Shown here: positions 36,901-46,085 of the stretch, piece after piece | How the letters are laid out: the number at the start of each line of letters is the position of its first letter | How positions within the stretch are numbered: position 1 is the stretch's first letter | Assembly (NCBI GenBank): GCA_040390065.1 | Contig: JAZJZE010000002.1 | Coordinates: 1-64,000, forward strand | DNA: 64,000 nt | Source: a bacterium | GTDB taxonomy: Archaea > Thermoplasmatota > E2 > JACPAO01 > JAHFTW01 | Direction: 5' to 3' | Made by a program: the position numbers and the translations under genes | Notes under the pieces: generated by a model | What the model saw: only the letters and a program-made list of their open reading frames with translations | Told to the model about the DNA's origin: nothing | The model's database searches: none

Positions 36901-39442
36901 CGCCCTTGAGGCCGCAGCCGCCGGGGCGGTCGATGCCGCCGGGGGTGTTGATGGGGGCCGTCCAGTCCAGCTTGACGGAGGAGGGCGTCAGCTGGCTGGC
37001 CGTCAGCGCGGTCGGCGCCTGCGGCTTCTTCACTTCGGCGTAAAAGTAGCCCGACTTCAGCCCCTCGCCGAAGCACGTGACGGCCGTGACTTGGTAGTAG
37101 TAGTCATTCTCGCCGGCCACGGACAAGTCGTCGGTGAAGAAATCGGTAATCGCGGTCGCGGACGGCGGCGTCGCACCGCGCCACACGCCGACTTGGCTCG
37201 TGACGGGAGTGCCGGCGCCGCCCGACGCGCCCGTGCCGCGGTAGACGCGGTAGTCGATGATGGGTAGCCCGCCGTCCGTCGGGACGTTCCAGGCCAGCTT
37301 GGCCTGCACGAGCGGCGTCGTCGTGTCGCCACCCGGGGACGCCTTGCTCGTGGCGAAGGCCCAGGGCGCGACCGTGTTGAACGCCGTGGGCGTGGTGAAG
37401 CTCGGAGGCGAGGGCAGTACAGCGTTGGTGCCCTTGAAGGCGGCAAGCGAACCGTTGTCCATGCCGACCAGCAGCTCGGGGCGACAGTCGCCGTTCAGGT
37501 CGCCAAGTGCCATCGGCGAGGTGCCCGCCCCGGACGTGACGGGCGGCGTGGCCCAGAATGCCGTGGGAGGCGTGGCCCCGCGCGACACCGCGAGGGTCTT
37601 GTCCAGCGAACCGAAGGCGAATTCCAGGGTCGGGGTCGCGCCTTGCACGTAATTGAGGTCGGCAAGCGCGCCGCCGCCGGGGGACTCCGTGTTCGTCGCG
37701 GGAGGGGCCGGCACACGGGCCAGGGTCCCCTTGTCGACGATTGACCCCGTGTAGCCGCGGATTGTGACGTCGCCCTGCTTGGCGCTGTCGGCCGAGTCGG
37801 CGGAAGCCTTCACGTTCGCGATGTCCGGCTTGCCGTCGCCGTCGACGTCGCCGAGGGCCGGCGCGTTCCAGAGGTACGAGTCGGCGGCAGGGGACGTCAC
37901 AAGCGACGCGCCCGACAGGGCGGCAGCGGTCTTGACCACGAACAGGGATGGTGTCTGCGTTGGCGTCCCGCTGCGGAAACCGGCGTTCACGGCGATTTCC
38001 TGCACGCCATCGCCATCGAGGTCGGCGACGGCCAGACCTTTCACTTGGTCGCCGGTTCCGGCCTGCTGGTTGCCGGGCAGGGAGACGACCTCACCGAATG
38101 TGATGGTCGAACCCACGACGGTGACGATGTAGACGCGCCCGTTGGGTGGGGCGGGGATGTCGGGGGAGTCGTCGGTGCCCAGGACGATCTCGAGGCCATC
38201 GTGGGCGCTGCGCAGTTCGGCAAGGGCCGGGGCGGCGGACGCGAACTGGTTGTACGTCCCGGTGAGGACACCCGTGGTCACGGCCACCTGGGGGAACTTG
38301 GCGTTGGCGACGATGGAGATTGCGCCCGCAGCATAGTCGAGAACGTACAGGGCCGCAGCCTCCGGCCCATAGCCCCCCGACGTCGCATCCATGGTCAGGA
38401 CCACGATGTCGTTCTTGCCGTCGCCGTTGACGTCGCCGATTGTCGGCGCGATGGGCGTGGTCAGCATGAACGGGGGCGCCCAAGCCGCCAACTGGGCTCC
38501 AGTCTGGCCGTTCAGGACCCGGATTTGGTCGGCAGGGCCGAGGAAACCGCCGGCACCGCCGTCCGTGAAGTCAGCAAAATAGAGGACCACTTCCGGCCAC
38601 TGGTCTCCGTCCAGGTCGCCGGCTGCCAGTGTAGCGTGCCCGTCCTTGACGTTCGTGAAGCCTGCAATTCCCGACGACAGCCACAGGGTCGTGAACGCGC
38701 CCGCCGGGGACTGGCGCATGGCGCGCACGCCTGGCGTGCCGGATGCCGTGTTAGAAAAGTCCGTGACGGCGACGATGTCCATGAGGCCGTCGCGGTCGAG
38801 GTCGACGATAAGCGGGCTTGATCCGATGGCTCGCGTTGCGCCGGCGCCCGGCGTCGTCACCACGAGGTCCGCCATCGCCGTCGGGGTCGTCATGGCCGCA
38901 GAGAACACGGTCGCCGCCGTGTGGCGACTGTCCTTGTGGAACTGGGGCCACGCCGCGCCGCTTTGCACGTCGAACGGTGCGCTGGCCACCGACGTCAGGC
39001 CGGCGGCGGTCGCCGTCAGGACGTATCCTTTGCCGATGGTGTCGATGCGCACGTTGCTAAACGTCGCGATGCCGCTTACGAGGCTGGCCGTGACCGTGCT
39101 CTGTTTCCCGGCGACGGGGCCCTGCAGAAGGACGCCGCATGGGCGCGCCGGCGGGCCGGCGGTGGGACACGGGGGCCACGTCGTGATGGCGAGCGTCACG
39201 GTGCCGGAGGCGCCGGCGTCGACCGCGTTGGAACCATCGACGGCTGCGACCTGGATGGCGGGCGTGAAGGCTTCGCCGGCACCGACGTTGGCGGGGGGGA
39301 CTGTGAACTTGAGGCTGACGGCCCCTGCGGCCTGCGCGGGCGGAACGGCGAAGAGGCCGGCGACGAAGAGGACTGCGAGGAGCAGGGACGCCGTGCGCGA
39401 GCGAGACCTTGGACTACCTTGACCGTCGAACGCGACCACCAT
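33998..39442 (-). CDS. Large surface protein: FG-GAP/VCBS repeats, FN3, cadherin/Ig-like repeats, TSP3 repeats, C-terminal TM
   Basis: DLDGDG-type repeats, VNDAP units, DNCP..NxDQxDxDxDGxGDAC, TM followed by RRRH. Confidence 0.92.
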   Translation of the reverse strand: MVVAFDGQGSPRSRSRTASLLLAVLFVAGLFAVPPAQAAGAVSLKFTVPPANVGAGEAFTPAIQVAAVDGSNAVDAGASGTVTLAITTWPPCPTAGPPARPCGVLLQGPVAGKQSTVTASLVSGIATFSNVRIDTIGKGYVLTATAAGLTSVASAPFDVQSGAAWPQFHKDSRHTAATVFSAAMTTPTAMADLVVTTPGAGATRAIGSSPLIVDLDRDGLMDIVAVTDFSNTASGTPGVRAMRQSPAGAFTTLWLSSGIAGFTNVKDGHATLAAGDLDGDQWPEVVLYFADFTDGGAGGFLGPADQIRVLNGQTGAQLAAWAPPFMLTTPIAPTIGDVNGDGKNDIVVLTMDATSGGYGPEAAALYVLDYAAGAISIVANAKFPQVAVTTGVLTGTYNQFASAAPALAELRSAHDGLEIVLGTDDSPDIPAPPNGRVYIVTVVGSTITFGEVVSLPGNQQAGTGDQVKGLAVADLDGDGVQEIAVNAGFRSGTPTQTPSLFVVKTAAALSGASLVTSPAADSYLWNAPALGDVDGDGKPDIANVKASADSADSAKQGDVTIRGYTGSIVDKGTLARVPAPPATNTESPGGGALADLNYVQGATPTLEFAFGSLDKTLAVSRGATPPTAFWATPPVTSGAGTSPMALGDLNGDCRPELLVGMDNGSLAAFKGTNAVLPSPPSFTTPTAFNTVAPWAFATSKASPGGDTTTPLVQAKLAWNVPTDGGLPIIDYRVYRGTGASGGAGTPVTSQVGVWRGATPPSATAITDFFTDDLSVAGENDYYYQVTAVTCFGEGLKSGYFYAEVKKPQAPTALTASQLTPSSVKLDWTAPINTPGGIDRPGGCGLKGDALYGFVYKIYWKASAGVTTADTLLGTTLPGILTYTHSPTSGTNYYRVLARNCVGDSVLSNEVSITLTSANSAPVITVPAAAQTMLEDNAVTFSTANSNLISVADADSDPSPLRMRLAVGKGTLTLATVTGLSFACGGASPGTPSIAACVGDGTADATMIFEGKQADIDAALDGMQFTPAADKCAVGTFTTLTANVDDLGNTGTGGAKTDQRSVTLKVTCVNDAPSFVAADPPSVAQDAGAQTVIGWASAISPGPAIAGDPGDESSQQLVFSTAVITNAALFAVAPSVAQTTSTAGPFTAVPWGDLTYTSATGLCGQATFRVTLTDNGASVAPDVNSYTPATDFTLTVSCPNDKPTFDDNGSPAAISQSGTSTVVSTPAWAYNIKTGVPASEANQQMRFKVVFASGSSTLLMADPIVSKKGGEPGCTMVSPSYCPGPFTAANGWGDLSYTIAANECGLATYTITLIDDGTMTPPPDSQPATSIDHSLAISVACVNQAPHFNAANPPTVREDNLPGAGPVTVAGWATGITAGNAGEDATQTVKFTVTVVTNPGLFAMPPAVSPTLFTASPFSGGTWGDLTYTLAQDQCGTARFRVTLTDSGMNVAPAVNLYTPADFAITATCVNDAPVFVGLDQELTQDAGPQLVAAWATGIAPARATATDELWGAATQQHLVFTTTVTGTSAGLTFTTPPSVVKWSCPMAGCNGPYDAANGWGDLTYEVKKGTYGTADVKVCLRDDGGNANGGVDTTCDTFTIWVRRDPNARDSGPHTDNDNDGIEEAADNCPSISNHDQTDSDHDGIGDACETDAPAPPQPGPEPVIPNESQPGDWDSDGIIDRADDCPDIPNRDQADLDRDGVGDACDTDVDGDAVPDDGPTGALRDNCPALPNKDQADANGDGVGDACQRLGSSGRSVPAGATGAFGNAGATPTSSAGSALPIILIAALGTLAVAGVLFFALWRRRHTPTGRPS

Positions 39443-39538
39443 TGGATGCCACCGAGCCCTTCCGGGGAAGGGTACCTCGGACCTAGTTTGGCCCTACTTA
39501 GGCTTTCCGGCCATTGCGTCGCTCGAATCGCATCGAAA

Positions 39539-40891
39539 CTATTGCGGTCGCACGGGCGGCTTGGGGCGCATGGCCAAGGCCACGACTGCGACCAGGGCCG
39601 CGATGGCGAGGGCTCCGACGAGGACGCCGACTCCCCACAGCATGTTGGTGGCGGCCGTGTTTGGCGCCGGCGCGGGTTGGTTGCCCCCGGCCGCGCTCGT
39701 ATCCCTTACGTGGCCGGCGCCGCCAGCCGATGCAGGCGTGCCGTAGATATTGTCGAAGTCGCACGCGTCGCCGATGCCGTCCTTGTCGGAGTCCGCCTGG
39801 TCCGGATTGGACACGGATGGGCAGTTGTCCGTGTAGGTGCTGGAGATGCCGTCGTCGGCGATGGCCTGGTTGGGCACGCCGTCGCCGTCGATGTCGTCGT
39901 CGCACAGGTCGCCGTGGGTGTCCTCGTCGACGTTCGTCTGGGCGTTGTTGGCCTTGTCGGGGCAGTTGTCCGAGGCGTCCGGCACGCCGTCGAAGTCGCG
40001 GTCCGGCTGTTGCTGCGGCGGTGGCGTCGGGGGCGGCGTCTCGCCAGCGGGCGGAGCGGCCGTGTCGTCGTCGCACGCGTCGCCCACGTTGTCACGGTCG
40101 GCATCGTCCTGGTCGTGGTTCGGCATGGCGGGGCAGTTGTCGGCGACGTCGATGACGCCGTCCTGGTCGGTGTCCTGGCCGTCGGCGCCGTCGAAGGGCG
40201 TGCAGGAGATGTTGATGTCGTCGAGGAGCGGGCCCTTGTTGTCGCTGCTGGACGGTGGCTGCGGCGCCGCCTGGAATCCGAGATAGTACGTGCCTTGGTC
40301 CGTGACCGTGTACACCGGCGTCTTGAACGTGGTCCAGACGGTGTTGGAGCTCACGGCCTGGCTGAAGGGCGAGGGCCCCCAGCTGTTGGTGGGCAACGGC
40401 CGCGTCAAGGTCGTCGGGGCCGGGATTAGATAGGCAAGGACAGTGTCCGCCGTTGCCGAGCGCTGCGGACCCGCAAGCGAGAAGGTGAGCGTGTAGTTGC
40501 CCGGCGACAGGAACATCGTGTGGTAGAAGAAGCCGGCCCGGAACGTCTGGCCGTCGAGCTCGACGAAGGAGCCCATGGTCTTGGTGGCAAACCCTGCGCC
40601 CGGGGCCGTGAAGACCGGGTCGTTGGGGCTGGTGAAGAAGTCGACGGTGCCGTCGAAGACCTTCCAGTTGCGCCACGTCGTGGCCTTGTTCACTTCGCTG
40701 GTCTGCGACGTGCCGCTCTGGATGCGGTCGCCATCGAAATTGTCGTGGAACGTGGCGAAGCCTTCGCAGCCGCGCGCCTGCGCGACGGCGCCGTGCGGCA
40801 CGACCAGCATGCCGATGGCCAGCACCGCCACGACGAGGCACGAACGGGAGAGAGACAGTCCACCCACGCCCTTCACATTTCGGCCAGGCAT
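39539..40891 (-). CDS. Surface protein: carbohydrate-binding-like N-domain, TSP3 repeats, C-terminal TM
   Basis: Signal peptide, YTLTFSLAG..GPLLDDI (DUF642-like), TSP3 repeats. Start at ATG 40891. Confidence 0.85.
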   Translation of the reverse strand: MPGRNVKGVGGLSLSRSCLVVAVLAIGMLVVPHGAVAQARGCEGFATFHDNFDGDRIQSGTSQTSEVNKATTWRNWKVFDGTVDFFTSPNDPVFTAPGAGFATKTMGSFVELDGQTFRAGFFYHTMFLSPGNYTLTFSLAGPQRSATADTVLAYLIPAPTTLTRPLPTNSWGPSPFSQAVSSNTVWTTFKTPVYTVTDQGTYYLGFQAAPQPPSSSDNKGPLLDDINISCTPFDGADGQDTDQDGVIDVADNCPAMPNHDQDDADRDNVGDACDDDTAAPPAGETPPPTPPPQQQPDRDFDGVPDASDNCPDKANNAQTNVDEDTHGDLCDDDIDGDGVPNQAIADDGISSTYTDNCPSVSNPDQADSDKDGIGDACDFDNIYGTPASAGGAGHVRDTSAAGGNQPAPAPNTAATNMLWGVGVLVGALAIAALVAVVALAMRPKPPVRPQ

Positions 40892-40932
40892 ATGAGGCTT
40901 GTCTGCGGACCCCTGGAGGGCCGCGGTGCTCG

Positions 40933-43374
40933 CTACTCGGGGCGCATGCGGCGCCGCAGCAGCAGCATCAGGAGGCCAACCGTCAGGACGGCTCCGACGA
41001 CCGCCATCGTTGCGGCCGTCGTCCAGGACATGCCGGCGACACCTTGCGTGGCCGATGCGCCCACCGGGGAAGCATCGCGCGCCGAGCCACCGGAGGACAA
41101 GTAGGAGCACTCGTCACCGACGCCGTCGTTGTTGGAGTCGAGTTGATCCGGGTTGGCGTACCATGGGCAGTTGTCGAGGAAGGCCCCTGTCGGGCCCGAG
41201 TTGCGGACCCCGTCGCCATCGATGTCGATGTCGCAGACGTCGCCCTTGCGGTCGGCGTCCATGTCAGCCTGATCGTGGTTGGGCGTGCTCTGGCAGTCGT
41301 CGGCCACGTCGGGGACACCGTCATGGTCCGCATCCGGCAGGGGCACGACCACGGGCGTCTCGGTGACTGGGGCCCATTCTGTGACCGGGGCCTCGACCGT
41401 GCATGCATCGCCCATGCCATCGCCGTTCGTGTCGGCCTGGTCGAAGTTGGCAACGGACGGGCAGTTGTCGGACAAGTCAGGGATGCCGTCGAGGTCGCTG
41501 TCGAGCGACACGCCGAAGGGCCAGCGGAGGGACGGGTCGTTGTGCTTCGTGCCCGTGAAGCCGTCGCACGAAGAGTCCTGGCGGATGGGCACGATGGCCG
41601 TCGCCGTCGACTGCAGGCCGGAATTGTAGTAGCTGCTGAGGCCGTTGAAGTCGGTGACGGTCACGGTGACCGTGTAGATGCCTTCCTTGGAGAAGACGTG
41701 CGGCACGAAGGCGTACTGGTTGTACCAGTCATAGGGATGCGCAAACCAGCGGCCCTGCACGACGTTGAGGGCACCACTGCCCGGGTCGCCGAAGTTCCAC
41801 TTGGCCCACTTGAAGTCCGCTTCGCCCACGATGGAGTCGCGAGCGTCGAACCAGATGGGGTAGTTGGGACACGTGAAGGCGTACGTCGGCTGCAGGACGG
41901 CTTGCGGCTTGCACTTGCCGAACCACGTGATCTTGTCCGAGATGGGGCCGTCCGGGGGCGCAGTCACGGGGATGCCGTCGACGAGTCCGCCGAAGAGGTA
42001 TGCGCTGCATCCCGTCGAGATGGCGGTTGTGCCGACGAAGCCGCCGCGGCTGTAGTCGTCGGCCTTGGTCGGGCTGCCGGCTCCCGTCGGCATTCCGGAG
42101 GCGAAGACCGGCGCAACGGTCGGCGTCGTGGGATCGTAGCGGTAGACCAGGTTCTTGAACGGCCCGCCGTTGAAGATGAAGATGTAGCGGCCGTCGTAGA
42201 CGGCGGAAAGCGAACCGCACAGTGGCGTGAAGTTCTGCTGGTAGATCGTGGTCACTCCCGTGGACGGGGTGAACTTCATGATGGAGCACTCCGGAACGGG
42301 GCAGGGGCCGACCGTGGGGCAGAGCGGGCTGTAGACGCAGGCGCCGTTCGAGACCTCGGTCGGCGTGCTGCAGGCGACGTCGTCGAGCCAGGTGCCGCCG
42401 AAGAGGTAGATGTCGGAGCCCACCGTGACGGCCTCCATGTCGTAGCGCTTGCCTTCCGGTGTGATGGAGCCGGCGGTGTTGGGCGGCAGCGGGTTCGGGT
42501 TCAACGACACGGTGCAGGATGCCGGGTCGAAGCGGTAGATCTCGTTGGACGTGTGCAGGCTGAACGGGACCAGGTTGCCGTCGCCTTCCAGGTAGCGGCC
42601 GCCGAAGACGTAGGCGGCACCTTCGGCCCAGGCCCCGGCCATGTAGTCGAACTGCCGCGGCAGGACGCAGTTCATCGTGGTGACCAACTGCGATGGCGGG
42701 TAGAAACTGTAGATTTCGTTGTTGAGGGCGCCGCCATTCGTGCCAGCGAACGTGTACGCCATGTCGAGGTCGGGGTCGTACGCGAGGGCCTGGCGACCGA
42801 GGGGCTTCGGCAGGCTGTTGGCCGGGTTGATCTCGCCGCCCGGGGCGTTGGGGGTGTACGGGATGCCCGGCGAGGGACCGAACGTTGGGCCTTGGGGCAT
42901 GCCGCGGCTGAACTTGGTGATGCTGGAGAGTTCCGTGCCGCCCAGGTCCTTGACACCGCCCAACACGTAGGCGTCCGTGCCGTCCCAGAATGACGTCGCC
43001 TCCATGACTTGGTCGGGGAGCACGACGGGGATGGGCGTCGGCGTGTCAGGCGTCGGCCCAGGGCCGGGCGGGCCGCAGAGGTCCAGGTTGGGAGCGGTGA
43101 CGGGGTCGGGTGAGATGATGGTGGGCTCGACCGGGCCCGGCATGCCGATCATTTGGTCGCAGTATTCCTGGTGGACGACGAGTTGCACGCCGTACGTGGG
43201 CGACGTGTTCCAGAAGCCGCTCCATGGGTTGGACGGGGGGAAGCCTTGCTGGGTGGGGACGCACCCTGGGTTGGCGTACGTGCACGGGTCGATGACGGCC
43301 TGGCCCGGGATGGGGACGAGAGCGACAAGCAGGACTGCGGCGGCGAGTTTCAACGTCAGGGCTGGAACGGACAT
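40933..43374 (-). CDS. Surface protein: Kelch propeller, PKD domain, TSP3 repeats, TM (paralog A)
   Basis: Y(V/L)FGG Kelch blades, WNFGD..HVFSKEGIYTVTVTV PKD, TSP3. Confidence 0.9.
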   Translation of the reverse strand: MSVPALTLKLAAAVLLVALVPIPGQAVIDPCTYANPGCVPTQQGFPPSNPWSGFWNTSPTYGVQLVVHQEYCDQMIGMPGPVEPTIISPDPVTAPNLDLCGPPGPGPTPDTPTPIPVVLPDQVMEATSFWDGTDAYVLGGVKDLGGTELSSITKFSRGMPQGPTFGPSPGIPYTPNAPGGEINPANSLPKPLGRQALAYDPDLDMAYTFAGTNGGALNNEIYSFYPPSQLVTTMNCVLPRQFDYMAGAWAEGAAYVFGGRYLEGDGNLVPFSLHTSNEIYRFDPASCTVSLNPNPLPPNTAGSITPEGKRYDMEAVTVGSDIYLFGGTWLDDVACSTPTEVSNGACVYSPLCPTVGPCPVPECSIMKFTPSTGVTTIYQQNFTPLCGSLSAVYDGRYIFIFNGGPFKNLVYRYDPTTPTVAPVFASGMPTGAGSPTKADDYSRGGFVGTTAISTGCSAYLFGGLVDGIPVTAPPDGPISDKITWFGKCKPQAVLQPTYAFTCPNYPIWFDARDSIVGEADFKWAKWNFGDPGSGALNVVQGRWFAHPYDWYNQYAFVPHVFSKEGIYTVTVTVTDFNGLSSYYNSGLQSTATAIVPIRQDSSCDGFTGTKHNDPSLRWPFGVSLDSDLDGIPDLSDNCPSVANFDQADTNGDGMGDACTVEAPVTEWAPVTETPVVVPLPDADHDGVPDVADDCQSTPNHDQADMDADRKGDVCDIDIDGDGVRNSGPTGAFLDNCPWYANPDQLDSNNDGVGDECSYLSSGGSARDASPVGASATQGVAGMSWTTAATMAVVGAVLTVGLLMLLLRRRMRPE

Positions 43375-43463
43375 CAGGAGGACTCCCACCGGCGATTCTC
43401 GCCAGAGAAGGACCGCCCAGGTCCCTATTTACGGTTTTTGGGCCGTCTCCTTCGGGCGCGTCC

Positions 43464-45929
43464 CTACGTCTTGCCCTTGTCGCCCTTCATCGGGCGGCGC
43501 AGCACCAGGAGCAGGAGCGCCGCCGTTCCGAGCGCAGCCAGCACCGCCATCGTGGCCGCCGACGACCATGGCAGGCCGCCGGCCCGCTCGGCCGCATTGC
43601 CTGCGGCGGAGCCCGCGCGCACGGCACTGCCGGGCGAGTCGATGTACGAGCATTCGTTGCCGACGCCGTCGTTGTTGGAGTCGAGCTGGTCGGGGTTCGG
43701 GTACCATGGGCAGTTGTCCAGGAACGCCCCCGCGGGGCCCGAATTGCGAACGCCGTCGCCATCGATGTCGATGTCGCAGACGTCGCCCTTGCGGTCCGTG
43801 TCCATGTCGGCTTGGTCGTGGTTGGGCGTGCTTGCGCAGTCGTCGGCCACGTCGGGGATGCCGTCATGGTCGGCGTCCGGTAGCGGGATGACTTGCTCCT
43901 CCGGCGCCGTGGTGACGACCGGCGGCGGCACGGTTTCGGCAGTGCACGCGTCGCCCATGCCGTCGCCGTTGCCGTCGGCTTGGTCGTTGTTGGCAACGGA
44001 GGGGCAATCGTCGGAAAGGTCCGGGATGCCGTCGAGGTCGCTGTCGAGCGACACGCCGAAGGGCCAGGTCAGAAGCGGGTCGTGGTGCTTGGTGCCCGTG
44101 AATCCGTCGCACGTTGAGTCCTGAACGATTGGCACGGTGGCGGTCGCCGTCGCCTTGAAGCCGGAGGTCAGCACGCTGCTCAGGCCGTTGAGGTCCGTGA
44201 TGGTCACGGTGACGGTGTAGATGCCGGGGTTCGCGTAGACGTGCGAGACGAAGGCGTACTGGTTGTACCAGTCGTACGGGTGGTCGAACCAGCGGCCCTG
44301 GATCGGGTTCGTGGCGCTCGGGCCATCGCCGAAGTCCCATTTTGCCCACTTGAAGTCGGCTTCGCCCACGATGGAGTCGCGAGCGTCGAACCAGATGGGA
44401 TAGTTGGGGCACGTGAAGGCGTAGGTCGGCTGCAGGATGGCTTGCGGCTTGCACTTGCCGAACCACGTGATCTTGTCCGAGATGGGGCCGTCCGGCGGGG
44501 CGGTCACGGGGATGCCGTCGACCAAGCCGCCAAACAGGTAGCCGCTGCAGCCGGTGCTGATGGCCGAGACGCCGACGAAGCCGCCGCGCATGTAGTCGTT
44601 CGTCTTGAGCGGGTTGCCGGTGCCAACGGGGAGGCCGGCGATGAAGGTGGGATTGACAAACGGCGTCGTCGGGTCGTACCGGTACGCGCTGCCGCCGGCG
44701 AAGACGTAGATGTAGCGGCCATCGTAGATGCTCGAGAGCGAACCGCACAACTGCGGGAAGTACGGGTTGATCATGGTCGTGACGCCCGTCGACGGCGTGA
44801 ACTTCATGATTGAGCACTGCGGCACGGGGCACGGCACGTTGGGCGCCGACGTCGGGCACAGCGGGTTGTAGATGCACGCGCCGCTCGAGATCTCCGTGGG
44901 CGTGCTGCACGCCACGTCCTCCAAGTACGTCCCGCCGAAGAGGAAGATGTCGCTGCCGGTGCTTTGCGCCTCCAGGTCGTAGCGCTTTCCTTCCGTCGTC
45001 GGGTTGGGGGTCGGCGCCACCGTCGGCGGCAACGGGTTCGGGCTGAGGGACACCGTGCACGTGGCCGGGTCGAACCGGTAGATTTCGTTTGACGTGTGCA
45101 GGCTGAAGGGCACGGTGTTGCCGTCGCCTTCGAGGTAGCGGCCGCCGAAGAGATAGGCCGCACCGTCGGCCCACGCGCCGGCCATGTAGTCGAACTGCCG
45201 CGGCAGCACGCAGTTCATGGTCGAGACGAGAAGCGATGGCGGGTAGAAGCTGTAGATTTCGTTGTTGAGTGCGCCGGCGTTCGTGCCGCCGAAGGTGTAC
45301 ACTGTGTCCAGGTTGGGATCGTACGCCAGGGCCTGGCGACCGAGGGGATGGGGCAACGAGGCCACCGTCTGAATCTCGCCGCCTGGCGCATTCGGGACCC
45401 AGGGTCCGCCGTTGGGGCCGAACGGTCCCAGGGGCATGCCTTGGCTGAAGCGGGTAATGTCGGACACTTCCGTGCCGGCCAGATCCTTGACGCCACCGAT
45501 CACGTAGGCGTCCTTGCCGTCCCAGAACGCGGTCGTCTCCATCAGCTGGCTCGGCAGCAGGACCGGCAGCGGCTCCGGCGTGTCAGGGCAGATGCACGGA
45601 GGGCTCGGGATGCCGCTCGGTGCGGCGCATGCGACATAGTTCGGGTCGGTGATGGGATCGGGCGACAGGATGAGCGGCTCGGCGCCGGGCGTCATGCCGA
45701 GCATCTGGTCGCAGATGTCCTGGTGCACGACGAGCTGCGTGCCGTAGGTTGGCGACCTGTTCCAGAAGCCGGCCCAGCCGTTGGATGGGGCAAAGCCGTT
45801 GTTGCCGGCGGGCACGCAGCCGGAGCTGTCGATGGTGCAGCGGTCGATGATGGCCGACGCCGGCATCGGCACGAGGAGGCCCACGAGAAGGGCGATGGCG
45901 GCTTTGGACGCAAGCGATTGGACGGACAT
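43464..45929 (-). CDS. Surface protein: Kelch propeller, PKD domain, TSP3 repeats, TM (paralog B)
   Basis: Collinear with and highly similar to paralog A; WDFGDG PKD motif. Confidence 0.9.
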   Translation of the reverse strand: MSVQSLASKAAIALLVGLLVPMPASAIIDRCTIDSSGCVPAGNNGFAPSNGWAGFWNRSPTYGTQLVVHQDICDQMLGMTPGAEPLILSPDPITDPNYVACAAPSGIPSPPCICPDTPEPLPVLLPSQLMETTAFWDGKDAYVIGGVKDLAGTEVSDITRFSQGMPLGPFGPNGGPWVPNAPGGEIQTVASLPHPLGRQALAYDPNLDTVYTFGGTNAGALNNEIYSFYPPSLLVSTMNCVLPRQFDYMAGAWADGAAYLFGGRYLEGDGNTVPFSLHTSNEIYRFDPATCTVSLSPNPLPPTVAPTPNPTTEGKRYDLEAQSTGSDIFLFGGTYLEDVACSTPTEISSGACIYNPLCPTSAPNVPCPVPQCSIMKFTPSTGVTTMINPYFPQLCGSLSSIYDGRYIYVFAGGSAYRYDPTTPFVNPTFIAGLPVGTGNPLKTNDYMRGGFVGVSAISTGCSGYLFGGLVDGIPVTAPPDGPISDKITWFGKCKPQAILQPTYAFTCPNYPIWFDARDSIVGEADFKWAKWDFGDGPSATNPIQGRWFDHPYDWYNQYAFVSHVYANPGIYTVTVTITDLNGLSSVLTSGFKATATATVPIVQDSTCDGFTGTKHHDPLLTWPFGVSLDSDLDGIPDLSDDCPSVANNDQADGNGDGMGDACTAETVPPPVVTTAPEEQVIPLPDADHDGIPDVADDCASTPNHDQADMDTDRKGDVCDIDIDGDGVRNSGPAGAFLDNCPWYPNPDQLDSNNDGVGNECSYIDSPGSAVRAGSAAGNAAERAGGLPWSSAATMAVLAALGTAALLLLVLRRPMKGDKGKT

Positions 45930-46085
45930 GGCGGACCCCGGTGGCACGTTGGCCTAGTTGGCAACCCCCTGGCGCCTATTTGCGGTTTCTGGACCGAACA
46001 CTGAGCCGCCAAGCCGCCTCCCGGCCCCGCCCATATTCGTTATCTAGGGGGTGGCTCTGGCGCGAAACATCCTGGTGACTGGACC

